Source of the DNA: an uncultured Clostridium sp.
GTDB lineage: Bacteria > Bacillota > Clostridia > UBA1212 > UBA1255
DNA length: 64,000 bases
NCBI GenBank assembly: GCA_900543695.1
Contig: UQSG01000005.1
Location: 16,124-80,123 of the forward strand
Direction: 5' to 3'
In this document: piece by piece, positions 37,669 through 47,527 of the stretch
How the letters are laid out: every line of letters starts with the position of its first letter
Numbering within the stretch: position 1 is the stretch's first letter
Made by a program: the position numbers and the translations under genes
The notes under the pieces: generated by a model
The model's database searches: none
What the model was told of the DNA's origin: nothing
The model's input: only the letters and a program-made list of their open reading frames with translations

Positions 37669-38619
37669 TTAAAATTTCAGGCCTGCGATCATCTCTTTCA
37701 GGATGTTCCCGCTCTTTTGCATCAGTGCAAGTTCTTCATCCGTAAGCGTAGGCGTGACGCAGCCCTTCACGCCGTCGATTCCTACCACAAACAGATGACT
37801 CAGACAGACGTCGTGCAGACCGTATTCTCCATGCATCATGGAGGACAGCGTCATGATGTAGTCCTTTCCCGAAAACAGCGACTCGCACATACTGCTCACC
37901 GATACGGAAACGGCATAATACGTCGCCTGCTTATATTTAATAATTTTCCCGCCGGAGGTTCTGACGTAGTCCATAACCTCGTTATAGTTCGGAGGTTCAA
38001 TTGTATTTTTCCCGCTGTATTTGACGCCTCTGCAGTAATCCTCAATGCCGATTGCGGCGACCTTTGCCAGTGACCATGGTATAAATGAGGAATCGCCATG
38101 CTCTCCCATTACATATGCATGAATATTCCGCTGACTGACTCCGAAATAATCGGAAAGATAGTAACGAAGACGCGCCGTGTCCAGAATCGTTCCCGATCCT
38201 ATAATTTTGTTCTCAGGCAGGCCGGAATATTTCATAAATGCGTACGTTAATATATCCACAGGATTGCTGACGAGAATGTAAAGCGCGTCGGGCGCGTATT
38301 TTGCGATTTCCGGCGCAATTTCCTTGATGATATTTACGTTGGTCTGCGCAAGATCGAGGCGCGACTGACCCGGTTTTCTGGGAAGTCCGGAGGATACGAT
38401 GACGATGTCGGAGCCCTTTGCATCCTCATACGTTCCGGAATTTACCGTTACCGGGCAGCAGAAGGGTGTTCCCTGCTTGATATCCATCGCTTCCCCGAGC
38501 GCTTTTTCCGCGTTGATATCGATCAGCACAATTTCCGAAGCGATTCCTTTTACAGTCATGGTATAGGCAATTGTTGAGCCGACGCTTCCAGCCCCTATGA
38601 TTGTTACCTTATTGCTCAT
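37669..38619 (-). CDS. mdh: LDH-like malate dehydrogenase (Arg at the substrate-specificity position)
   Basis: LDH/MDH fold ([27 protein letters not shown]) with substrate loop [13 protein letters not shown], the MDH-type PRKPG motif. RBS favours the third Met. Confidence 0.75.
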   Translation of the reverse strand: MSNKVTIIGAGSVGSTIAYTMTVKGIASEIVLIDINAEKALGEAMDIKQGTPFCCPVTVNSGTYEDAKGSDIVIVSSGLPRKPGQSRLDLAQTNVNIIKEIAPEIAKYAPDALYILVSNPVDILTYAFMKYSGLPENKIIGSGTILDTARLRYYLSDYFGVSQRNIHAYVMGEHGDSSFIPWSLAKVAAIGIEDYCRGVKYSGKNTIEPPNYNEVMDYVRTSGGKIIKYKQATYYAVSVSVSSMCESLFSGKDYIMTLSSMMHGEYGLHDVCLSHLFVVGIDGVKGCVTPTLTDEELALMQKSGNILKEMIAGLKF

Positions 38620-38711
38620 ATGCATCCTCTTTTCTTTCTTTGATAATCGCGCCGCAGGATGCGTTTCCGGAAAATTTCCGCACGCTGAAAAAGCGCCTGC
38701 GCGCTCTGATC

Positions 38712-38740
38712 GATTATCCCATATACGGAATGAATTGTCA
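38712..38740 (-). promoter_or_regulatory. Sigma-70-type promoter of the 13-gene mdh-fumC-hdr-flx-frd operon
   Basis: Minus strand TTGACA-17 nt-GATAAT. About 85 nt of leader to the mdh start. Coordinates accurate to about 2 nt. Confidence 0.45.
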
Positions 38741-38887
38741 ATAAAAGAGGATTAATTTTTAATGAATGGGGAACTTCCTTTTCTTAAAAAACGCGTTTTT
38801 TTCGGTGTTTTTCCAGTTTGCGCTGGCCCGTTTTAAGAAAGACCGCGGCGCCCCGCATACCGAGGCGCCGCTGCTGCTGCAAAGCGT

Positions 38888-41158
38888 TTACTCTTCTTCG
38901 GCAGCTTCTCCGTCGTAAGTCAGGAATTCCTCTGCAACCTGATCCACCACTTCGCTCTGCACATCTGTCAGCGTAAGATTATGCTCCGCGACATATGCCT
39001 GGACGCTCTCGTCAAACGCCTCGTTCTTATATGCGCTGGTAACAGAAGCTACCACCGTTTCCGTGCTTGTATAGGTGCTGCTTGCTACCGTGCCAGACGA
39101 TTCCGAATAATTCGTCAGTCCTTCGATGATTACAAGTTCATAAGAGGAGTCCGTCTTGATGAGCGAAATCGCGCCGATCTCATTCTGAGCAAACGCCCAG
39201 TCGATCACCTCCTGCGCAATGGAGGCAGAGCTCTTCTGCAGATCCAGAAGCCCCGCCGAATAGGAGGCGTCGGACGCGTCGGAATATCCCATTACTAGGG
39301 CCTCCGCAGAGTCGCCGTTTTCCAGCTTTGACTGCAATGCTTCCATCAGCCGCAGAACCTCTGCCTGCTCCGTTTCGGACAAGGCATTGCCCTCTTCATC
39401 CAGAAGGCTCTTGGAAATATGCCGGATTGTAACAATCCTGTAATCGTCGGGATTTTTCTCGTAAAACGCCTTCAGCGCCTCGTCCTCCGGTTCCATTTCT
39501 TCTATGACCTCATTCGCATATTCCGAAACGAACAGCTGATCTATATAAACGGGCTTGTAATCATTTACATTGACGCCGACCAGCAGCTGCATCAATTCGT
39601 CCCGCGTAGACACGTTGTACGCGGTTGCATAATATTCAAGCATCGTATCGATCTGCGAATCCAGTTCTTCCAGCTCGGCGGTGCGTTCCTCCTCCGATAC
39701 GGCCTCTCCGGCCTCTGTCGCCATATCCTTCAGCGCAAGGAAATCCAGGAGCAGCTCCAGGCCGTATTCTTTGGCGTATTCCAGATAGGTTTTTCCATCC
39801 CGGTACTCCTCCAGAACGGCTTCGTTCAAAATCTCATAAAATTTTTCCTCCGAATCGCCCGCTTCCGAAAAATCGTATCCCGTGAAGATCTCGTTCATGG
39901 CCTGGGAGAAAAACTGTACATAGTATGCTTTCAACACCGCTTCTCCGTTATAGTCTGCGACTTTCGTTTCGTCCGCCGCCGCATCGTTATATTCCGGCTT
40001 CGGCGTAGGCTCGGCCGTGGCGGATGGCGACGCAGTAGAATCATCCGTATCGGAAAAATCGCCTGTAAAACTGCGCTTTACTATTTTTTCGATGTATTCT
40101 TCATTAAGGTCTTTGATTTCATAGTCCTTGTTTTCTAAGTACGGCCGCGTTTCTTCTTCAATTTGATTCTCTACAAGCTGCATTTTATACGCGGATTCAA
40201 CCGTTTCTTTTACCGTCTCATCTGTCAGGTCAAGAATCGCAGTACACTGCATGATATGATATCCGTATTCCGATTCAACAATTTCAACCGTATCCGAAGG
40301 CGCCGTCTGCGCCAGCGCCCAGTCTTTAAAGGACTGAACGAAGCTGGAATCCTTCTGCACCGTATAATATCCGTCGTTGTTCGGCTCTCCGGTGCTGCTG
40401 TTTACATCGTCGGATTCCTCCAGAAGATCGTCAAAAGTGATCTCACCTGCATTATAGCGTTCCACAAGCTCCTGCACGGCCTCATATGCCTCTGCTTTTT
40501 CTTCCTCATCCATATCTTCCGTCAGGATCAGGGAATGCCGAACCTCAACCGTTCTGTAGTCTTCCTCATGGTCCGCATAAAACTCCGCCAGCTCGTCGTC
40601 CGTCGGATTCACGGATTCCTCAAGCGCCGCCTTATAATTTTCAAGCGCGCCCGACATGGTGTAATATTCCATCAGATCGTCATACGTCATTCCGTAAGCG
40701 ACCTCGGCCAGATCCTCGACTGTCGATACGCCGAGCGACGTTCCGAGATACGAAAGCATGTAAGAAAAATAGGAATCCGCAGAAGTCTTCAAATCTTCAA
40801 TTTCCGATTCGGAGGGCCACTCCTCTTTCTGGGAATACAGCTCGTACTGGATCATAAATTCCCTGGCAGTTTCCAGCGCATCTTCCACAAAAATATCGTA
40901 ATACGACGTTCCGTCTTTTTCTTTTCCTCTGATCTCATCGTAAAGCGCTTCGCCCTCCAGCTCAAAATCGATGTCCGTATCACCCGCCGTCTGCGCTTCA
41001 TAAACCGTAGTAGAAAAGCTGTTGATAAACAGGCCGTCGGGAATTACGCTGCCGTTTACTTTGCCAATAATTGATTCGCTTTTCTTGCAGCCAGCCAGCA
41101 GGGCGAATATCATGACGCAGGAGAGAACCAGCGCGATGCGTTTCGTATGTTTCTTCAT
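38888..41158 (-). CDS. PpiC/parvulin-type peptidyl-prolyl cis-trans isomerase lipoprotein (PrsA/SurA-like foldase), very acidic
   Basis: Lipobox LLAGCKK. Two parvulin-like cores (TVEVRHSLILT, YRIVTIRHISKSL). 756 aa. Confidence 0.7.
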   Translation of the reverse strand: MKKHTKRIALVLSCVMIFALLAGCKKSESIIGKVNGSVIPDGLFINSFSTTVYEAQTAGDTDIDFELEGEALYDEIRGKEKDGTSYYDIFVEDALETAREFMIQYELYSQKEEWPSESEIEDLKTSADSYFSYMLSYLGTSLGVSTVEDLAEVAYGMTYDDLMEYYTMSGALENYKAALEESVNPTDDELAEFYADHEEDYRTVEVRHSLILTEDMDEEEKAEAYEAVQELVERYNAGEITFDDLLEESDDVNSSTGEPNNDGYYTVQKDSSFVQSFKDWALAQTAPSDTVEIVESEYGYHIMQCTAILDLTDETVKETVESAYKMQLVENQIEEETRPYLENKDYEIKDLNEEYIEKIVKRSFTGDFSDTDDSTASPSATAEPTPKPEYNDAAADETKVADYNGEAVLKAYYVQFFSQAMNEIFTGYDFSEAGDSEEKFYEILNEAVLEEYRDGKTYLEYAKEYGLELLLDFLALKDMATEAGEAVSEEERTAELEELDSQIDTMLEYYATAYNVSTRDELMQLLVGVNVNDYKPVYIDQLFVSEYANEVIEEMEPEDEALKAFYEKNPDDYRIVTIRHISKSLLDEEGNALSETEQAEVLRLMEALQSKLENGDSAEALVMGYSDASDASYSAGLLDLQKSSASIAQEVIDWAFAQNEIGAISLIKTDSSYELVIIEGLTNYSESSGTVASSTYTSTETVVASVTSAYKNEAFDESVQAYVAEHNLTLTDVQSEVVDQVAEEFLTYDGEAAEEE

Positions 41159-41178
41159 ATATGCCTATGCCTCCGTAT

Positions 41179-41424
41179 TTAATCCGTAATAATTCTATAC
41201 AAGTCCTTCGCATCGTCCTTCCGGACGGTTTCCGATACGCTCAGGATTTCAAATTTCGTTTTATTTCCCGAAAAAGAGACCTCCACGATATCGCCGGGCT
41301 TGATCTCCGTGCCGGCCTTTGCGGCTCTGCCGTTCACAGACACGCGTCCTGCGTCGCAGGCTTCATTGGCTACGGTTCGGCGTTTAATGATTCGGGCTAC
41401 TTTTAAAAATTTATCAATTCTCAT
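41179..41424 (-). CDS. S4-domain RNA-binding protein (Hsp15/YabO-like)
   Basis: MRIDKFLKVARIIKRRTVANEACDAGRVSVNGRAAKAG is an S4 fold. 81 aa. Confidence 0.8.
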   Translation of the reverse strand: MRIDKFLKVARIIKRRTVANEACDAGRVSVNGRAAKAGTEIKPGDIVEVSFSGNKTKFEILSVSETVRKDDAKDLYRIITD

Positions 41425-42061
41425 TTTGGATCACTCCTTCGAGATAATGCTTCAAAGCAATTTCCGCATCCAGTCCGGAACGGTCTGCCTGTCTGCAGAT
41501 TTGGTAGAGCGCCGCTCCGAGCTCCTGTTCTGAAACAAAAGGAGGGAGCTCTTCCCGATCGGATCCGGCCTTTCTGATTTTCTTTGCAGCCTTCTGCGCC
41601 CGCATCAGAGCCGGCAATACGTTCGGAATATCCTCCAGATCCTGGCGCAAAGAGGAGAAGCCTTTTTCTTCCAGTTTCCGGCTTTCCCAGTTGGACAGCG
41701 CCTCGCCCGCCGTTGCCGCCGCATCGCCGCCGAACACATGCGAATGGCGGAACAGCATTTTTCGCGCGCAGCGGTCCGTTACGTCTTCAAACGCAAAGCT
41801 GCCTTCTTCCTTTGCCAGAATCGTATGAAAAATGACTTGCAGAAGCACGTCTCCCAGCTCCTCGCAAAGCTTCTCGGGACTTTTCTTCTCAATGGCGTCT
41901 ACCGCCTCGTAAGCTTCCTCAAGCATCGGCTTTATAAGCGATTCATGTGTCTGTTCCCTGTCCCACGGGCATCCCTCCGGTGAGCGCAGGAGCTCAATGA
42001 TATGATATAATTCCTGAAAAGTATACCGCTCGCCGGGCTGCTTTGGTTCCATTTGTATCAT
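41414..42061 (-). CDS. mazG: MazG-family nucleoside triphosphate pyrophosphohydrolase
   Basis: CPWDREQTHESL...EEAYEAVDAI...ELGDVLLQVIFH. Confidence 0.85.
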   Translation of the reverse strand: MIQMEPKQPGERYTFQELYHIIELLRSPEGCPWDREQTHESLIKPMLEEAYEAVDAIEKKSPEKLCEELGDVLLQVIFHTILAKEEGSFAFEDVTDRCARKMLFRHSHVFGGDAAATAGEALSNWESRKLEEKGFSSLRQDLEDIPNVLPALMRAQKAAKKIRKAGSDREELPPFVSEQELGAALYQICRQADRSGLDAEIALKHYLEGVIQNEN

Positions 42062-42192
42062 GTTAACACCCTGTCATTCTCTGAAAATATACGGTTGCAC
42101 GATGTCATGCCGTTTGATTATAATACAAGAAGCGGACAAGAGCAAATTTAATTTCCGCTCTGAACGCATCGCCATCGTTTATTGTAGTAGAG

Positions 42193-42651
42193 GTGTGTAA
42201 ACAAACTGTGTCAGATATATGGTTCTTTATGGGCAAAGCGCTGGAACGCGCATATCATTCTCTGGAGGAGGCTCCGTGTGAAATCCCCGTAGGCTGCGTC
42301 ATCGTACGGGGAAACGAAATCATCGCCTCCGCCTCCAACACCAGAGAAACTGCGAACCGAATCACAGGGCATGCTGAGCTGTGCGCGCTGGACGCAGCGG
42401 CAGCTGTGACAGGCAGTCGGTATCTCGCAGGCTGCAGGATGTTCGTAACGCTGGAGCCCTGTCCGATGTGCGCGGGCGCTCTGCGCGCCGCCCGGATTTC
42501 CGAACTGTATTTCGGAGCTTATAATCTGCGGGAGGGCGCCGCCGGTACCGTTTATAATCTTCTGTATCCGGCCGTAAAAGGATACGGAGGAATAAAAAGG
42601 AGCGAATGCGAATCGCTCCTCAGAGAATATTTTGCAAAGCTCCGCGGGTAA
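42193..42651 (+). CDS. tadA: tRNA-specific adenosine deaminase
   Basis: HAELCAL...TLEPCPMCAGAL zinc deaminase motifs. Start is GTG at 42193 or ATG at 42229. Confidence 0.85.
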   Translation: MCKQTVSDIWFFMGKALERAYHSLEEAPCEIPVGCVIVRGNEIIASASNTRETANRITGHAELCALDAAAAVTGSRYLAGCRMFVTLEPCPMCAGALRAARISELYFGAYNLREGAAGTVYNLLYPAVKGYGGIKRSECESLLREYFAKLRG

Positions 42652-44292
42652 TCAGCTGTTGCGGTCGAAAATTTCAATATCCGCCATGTACCAGCTTCCA
42701 TTCGTTCTTACATACCAAATTCTCGTATTGGTTTCCAGCTTCTGCTGAAAATCCGGCTTGCCGCGCTGCCCGTAAATCCAGTAATCAAAGTAGACCGCAC
42801 ACGAGAAGCAATTTTCTCCGTATACCCGCAGATCATACGCTTCCACGTTTTCAAAGGCCGTGGAATCGTGATCCGTATACCAATACTGACGGTATTCGCT
42901 CATGTCCTGATACATCTGCGTTCCCTTTATGATTCGGGATAAAAACGAACTCATGGAAATATCGTTCGACATGAATCCGGCATAGGTCTTCGCTCCATCT
43001 ATCGCAATCTGCGTATATTCCCCCTGAATCGATTCCGAAACCGCGAAATTTCCCGAATATGTCATGCTGCTCTCATCATACTCCAGAGGCACCGTTTCGC
43101 CGGCAAAATTTTTCGCTTCTATTTCAAGGCCGCCGGAAAGCAAGGACACTTTATAGAGATTCATATACGGCTTGGCAAAAAGCTCCTCCGGGATATTCTT
43201 CAGCTCCGTAATTTCCTGATTTTTCTCCGCAAGCCAGTTTTCGGAGCCCGTGATTTCCGTGCCGTTCACGACAACTGTATAATTCGAAGGAATCTGCAGC
43301 GTGAATACCTTGAAACCGACGTCGAACGTTCTCGTTTCGGAATTATACGTACATTCTATAGGATTTCCGGCGGAATCCTCCACTGTGACCTCCGGCTCCT
43401 GTATCAGCTGTTCTACCCGGTATGTGTTGAACAGGCTCAGCGCATTTTTATCTTCTTCGTTCAGCATATATCGAATCGATTCGTTTTCCTCTGACTGACC
43501 GGTCCTGTGCTGCGCGCCGAGGCGGACGCCGTTTACCGTTACGGTAAAATCAGCCGGTGCGTGAATCGTTATGTCAAGCGGCGCGGCAACGATCTCATTG
43601 CTGCTGTTTGTCTGCAGGGCCAGCGCGGCACCCTCCTGGCTCCGCACCTCTACAGAGCCGGGCTCAGAGAGGAGTCCGCACACCTCATAGCGGTTGATGA
43701 CCAAAGCATCCGAGGTCAGCGCATACTGAGAGCTTCCCGGCTGATCCTTCGCCAGGGTTTTCCGGAAAATATCATCTACTGCCTTCCCGTCAAGATACGG
43801 CACGGCTCCCTCTGGTGCCAGGAGGACTACATTGACCTCCGCAAAGGAAAATTCCGAAATATAGTCAAATTCATACAGACTGAAACCGAATTTACTCTTT
43901 TCGGACGATTGCTTCAGCGTGACCTTACACAAATCCTCTCCGTCCGCTTTTATAATATAGGAGGGACTTGCGAAGCGGTCGTATGAAAACGCTTTTACAT
44001 AAGTAATCTCCTTGCCCTCTGCGGCCTCTTTCAGCTTTGCTTCGTAAGTTTCCCGATCGGCAAAGCCGGTCATGACCACGTCGGTTTTGGCGACAATTTC
44101 CGAATATTGTTTATTTTCGAACAGAGACAGCACCTTGTCCACTTCAACCGTATTCTGGCTGTTTTCATAATCTGAAAGCCAGACGGAAAACACGATCAGC
44201 CCGATTGCCAGCAGGCAAAGAAAGCCCCCGATTATGCCAAAATATATTTTCCAGAATTTTGATGTCTTGATCAGCGTTCTCAGCTTACCCAT
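42652..44292 (-). CDS. Hypothetical N-terminally membrane-anchored extracytoplasmic protein
   Basis: One N-terminal TM (IYFGIIGGFLCLLAIGLIVFSVW) then about 500 aa with no family recognised. Confidence 0.55.
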   Translation of the reverse strand: MGKLRTLIKTSKFWKIYFGIIGGFLCLLAIGLIVFSVWLSDYENSQNTVEVDKVLSLFENKQYSEIVAKTDVVMTGFADRETYEAKLKEAAEGKEITYVKAFSYDRFASPSYIIKADGEDLCKVTLKQSSEKSKFGFSLYEFDYISEFSFAEVNVVLLAPEGAVPYLDGKAVDDIFRKTLAKDQPGSSQYALTSDALVINRYEVCGLLSEPGSVEVRSQEGAALALQTNSSNEIVAAPLDITIHAPADFTVTVNGVRLGAQHRTGQSEENESIRYMLNEEDKNALSLFNTYRVEQLIQEPEVTVEDSAGNPIECTYNSETRTFDVGFKVFTLQIPSNYTVVVNGTEITGSENWLAEKNQEITELKNIPEELFAKPYMNLYKVSLLSGGLEIEAKNFAGETVPLEYDESSMTYSGNFAVSESIQGEYTQIAIDGAKTYAGFMSNDISMSSFLSRIIKGTQMYQDMSEYRQYWYTDHDSTAFENVEAYDLRVYGENCFSCAVYFDYWIYGQRGKPDFQQKLETNTRIWYVRTNGSWYMADIEIFDRNS

Positions 44293-44310
44293 TTTGCGCG
44301 CCTCTTTCCG

Positions 44311-45663
44311 TCATTCATATTGCGTGTTGATCTGATCGACTCTTCCGACCAGAATTGAAGTCGCCATTTTTCTCGGTCCGTAAAGAGATGCACACTGCGT
44401 AATAATCTGCGGGTTGTTTTCCGTTTCAGAATTCTGCACCATATAGGTGGAGGATCCGCCGTCCAGATTGGCCGCGTTTACCGCTCCGTAATTCATCATA
44501 ATTTCGATCAGGTCCTCATACGTTGCCCCCATGCTCGACGGCTGTCTTCCGTCGATGGTCAAGATCAGGAACGCGCCGTCAGCCCGCTGACCGATCGCGG
44601 TCCGCGGATTCAGTCCGGCCTCCGTAAAGCCGCCGACCTCGCAGGCTTCTCCATTCACAACAAGATATGGTCCGAAATTCAGCGCCTCTACAATTCCGCT
44701 GTCCAGCGCCTCCTGCCCTGTCATTTTTCCAAGCACCAGAATTCCCTGCCGGTTGATCCCTATGATCTCATATTCCTGGTTTCGGGAGCCCCACAGAAGC
44801 GCTCCCTTAGAAATTACAATTCCATCCGAATTTTCACGCCCCGTAGGGACGCCGCCATTGCCCTTTCCGGTATCGTAAAAGCCGCCGCCGTTCACTCCAT
44901 ACAGTGCGTTTGCGTTCCGAACCATATCGATCGTCGAAACGCCCTCGTGATCCGTTCCATATGCAGCAGGAGTGCCGATATATACTCGTTTGGGATTCTG
45001 CACGATCAGCAATTTTCCCTTATACGTTTTTCCCTCGATATCAATCAGCTCTATGCTGTTCAGATCCGTTGTCTGTCCGGGATTTTCCGGATCCGTTCCC
45101 GGATTCTCCTCCGGAAGCTTGATCAGCGTCGTATCCGTGGTCGAGCCGCTGTCGATTACGGCGTTTCCCTCGACAATCTCCCGAACCGTCTCGTCGGACA
45201 AAAACCAGGTGGCCAAAAATTTCCCCGCGCTTGTTTCTGTTACGGTCAGAACAAAACGGTCCCGCGCAGCCTTCGACGGTCCATACAGCACGACGAGATC
45301 AACGGCAACCGCAAGCAGAACAATCGCAAGTAAAAAGGTAAGCACGGAAATTCCAACGCGCGAGAGAACCTTTTTGGTGCCGAGCTTTTCTTTTCGGCGA
45401 GAAACGTTCCGGCGCGCCGCAGAGGCGGGTCTTCTCGGCCCGGCCGTTTGGGCAGCAGACCGGGGAGCAACCTCGTCCGCCGCAATTTTGTGCGTATTGC
45501 GTTTCCGCGCCTCATAAACCGCGGGCTGTCTTCGCCTCTGCTCGCGCAGCTTCCGGAGTCTCCATTTTTCAATATAGACAGAAAGCCGGTCTACAACTTC
45601 CTCGCTGCCTTTTTTGGTATAGTCAAGTCTGAATTTCATCTGCTTCAACCCTTTGTATTCCAC
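44311..45663 (-). CDS. Membrane protein with basic cytoplasmic N-tail, one TM and an extracellular phosphodiester-glycosidase-like (DUF2233/NAGPA-type) domain
   Basis: Arg/Lys-rich N-terminus, TM VLTFLLAIVLLAVAV. C-terminal GVNGGGFYDTGKGNGGVP...NLDGGSST pattern. Confidence 0.55.
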   Translation of the reverse strand: MEYKGLKQMKFRLDYTKKGSEEVVDRLSVYIEKWRLRKLREQRRRQPAVYEARKRNTHKIAADEVAPRSAAQTAGPRRPASAARRNVSRRKEKLGTKKVLSRVGISVLTFLLAIVLLAVAVDLVVLYGPSKAARDRFVLTVTETSAGKFLATWFLSDETVREIVEGNAVIDSGSTTDTTLIKLPEENPGTDPENPGQTTDLNSIELIDIEGKTYKGKLLIVQNPKRVYIGTPAAYGTDHEGVSTIDMVRNANALYGVNGGGFYDTGKGNGGVPTGRENSDGIVISKGALLWGSRNQEYEIIGINRQGILVLGKMTGQEALDSGIVEALNFGPYLVVNGEACEVGGFTEAGLNPRTAIGQRADGAFLILTIDGRQPSSMGATYEDLIEIMMNYGAVNAANLDGGSSTYMVQNSETENNPQIITQCASLYGPRKMATSILVGRVDQINTQYE

Positions 45664-45716
45664 ATAAGTCCATATATTCTAAACGTGTAATACTATAACC
45701 CGAAGCACATTTTTCG

Positions 45717-47423
45717 TCAAGTAAGCAGCCTTTGGCTTAACGCCCGGAGACACATTCTGAGCTCGGATACAAAAATACTTTCCTGCTCGCCTGTCCCGGG
45801 AGAAGCGCTGATTCCTCTTGTCAGGGGATATGTCACATAAAAATATTTCCGCGCACGCGTCAGCGCCACATAAAAAAGCCGGCGTTCTTCTTCAAGCAGT
45901 TTTCCGGTAACCGCTCCGTTTCCGGGGAACTCCCCCATAACGGCATCGATAACAAATACTGCATCATATTCCAATCCTTTTGCGGAATGTACGGTAGACA
46001 GGCAAATTGCTTCCTTTCCGCTGCTGCTGCGAGCGTCCAGTTTATCAAGCAATGAGACAGCCTCGCGGTATGAATCGCAAACGCTGCACAAATAAAGCAG
46101 AAAAGACAGCACTGCGTCTTTATAGCGCAGATGCTGCCTCGTCTGTCTGCAGTATGCTTCAAACTGCCGTTCCAGACCGTTTTCCAGAAGACGGCGAAAG
46201 GTCCCGGCAGGCCGGGGCAGAATTCGTCCGCACATACGCTCCGCATTTCTGAGTTCTTTCAGGACCTCATCTACATAGGGAATGGAATGCGTTTCCGGAA
46301 GTCCGCCCTGCAGATCATGCGCAATTCCCGTTTTTGTCAGGAAGGCACTGATTAAAAGACCGGAAATATTATTGCGATATAAAATTCCGACGGTCAGCTC
46401 CGGCTCTCTGCGCTTCAGTGCGGCAATTTCTTTGCGGAGGAACTTGATCTGCATCAGACTGCCGCCGCAGGCCCGTATGCGCGGCAATGCGCCCGGTTCC
46501 TTTTTGCTGTACGGCTTTTTCTCAAAACGATCTGTGTTGAAGGAAATAAATCGTTCAGAAATCCTTACAAGATTCTGTACGGATCTATAATTTCTGCTGA
46601 GACGGTATAGCCTGCAGTCGGGCTGACTTTTGTAAAATGCGCGGAGGCAGCCTGGAGATGCCCCGCGGAAGCCGTATATGCTTTGATCGTCATCGGCCAC
46701 TACAAACAAATTTCTTTTTGGCGCCGCGACAATTCGAAGAACCTCAAATTGCGTCTCCGTCAGATCCTGCGCCTCATCGGCCTGTATAAAGAGAAACCGG
46801 TCCTGATACGCTTCTCGAATCTGCCGCTGCAGAAGACCGTCGGAGTGCAGAATTTCAGCTGCAAGGACAATCATGTCATCGAAGTCAATCAATCCGTGCT
46901 CTCTTTTATACCGTTCATATGCCGCTCTGATTCTTTTTATATTTTTAATTTCGGCTTCTCCGCCGTCCTGCCCTCGGGTGATCTGATTTAATATATACGC
47001 TTCCGCCGCTTCTCCGTTGATTTCAAAATAGATTTGCCTGAGAAGCTCCGTCTTTTCGTCTTTTTCCCCCTCGATTCTTCTGCGGCGAATGCCGGCAAGC
47101 ATTTCATAGCTCCGAAGCAAGCCGTTGCAGAAGCTGTGAACCGTTTGAAACGTGGGCGCGTCCGTTTCCCGCAATTCCGGCAAAAATTGGGCGGCCGCTT
47201 TCTGATAACGGCTTCGCATCTCTTCTCCCGCTGCGTTCGTAAATGTAACGGAAAGAATCCGATCCGGCGCGCACGTTCTGCGAGCGAGATATAGCGTTCT
47301 TTCTGTCAGCACCGTCGTCTTCCCGCTGCCCGGTCCCGCCAGCGTAAGCGCCGGTCCCGTATAATGCGACGCTGCCGCCTGCTGTTCCGGATTTAAAATT
47401 CGGCCGTCTGACATGTCTGACAT
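45717..47423 (-). CDS. Compact UvrD/Rep/PcrA-family DNA helicase (568 aa)
   Basis: Walker A AGPGSGKTT. Motifs II (FIQADEAQD), V-VI (TVHSAKGLEYD, VALTRAR). Confidence 0.8.
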   Translation of the reverse strand: MSDMSDGRILNPEQQAAASHYTGPALTLAGPGSGKTTVLTERTLYLARRTCAPDRILSVTFTNAAGEEMRSRYQKAAAQFLPELRETDAPTFQTVHSFCNGLLRSYEMLAGIRRRRIEGEKDEKTELLRQIYFEINGEAAEAYILNQITRGQDGGEAEIKNIKRIRAAYERYKREHGLIDFDDMIVLAAEILHSDGLLQRQIREAYQDRFLFIQADEAQDLTETQFEVLRIVAAPKRNLFVVADDDQSIYGFRGASPGCLRAFYKSQPDCRLYRLSRNYRSVQNLVRISERFISFNTDRFEKKPYSKKEPGALPRIRACGGSLMQIKFLRKEIAALKRREPELTVGILYRNNISGLLISAFLTKTGIAHDLQGGLPETHSIPYVDEVLKELRNAERMCGRILPRPAGTFRRLLENGLERQFEAYCRQTRQHLRYKDAVLSFLLYLCSVCDSYREAVSLLDKLDARSSSGKEAICLSTVHSAKGLEYDAVFVIDAVMGEFPGNGAVTGKLLEEERRLFYVALTRARKYFYVTYPLTRGISASPGTGEQESIFVSELRMCLRALSQRLLT

Positions 47424-47527
47424 ACGCCTCTCCCCCTTCGACGCAGAAATAAAAAACCGTCCCGGCTTCCTTTAAAATCATCCGGGACGGCAGTGTTTGT
47501 TTTCTTCAAGTCCGCGATCTGTTCAGA

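Noticed and set aside
37669-38619. Annotation as L-lactate dehydrogenase
   Set aside because: The substrate loop carries Arg (PRKPG) rather than the Gln of true LDHs, and the gene heads a fumarase/fumarate-reductase operon. MDH is the better call.
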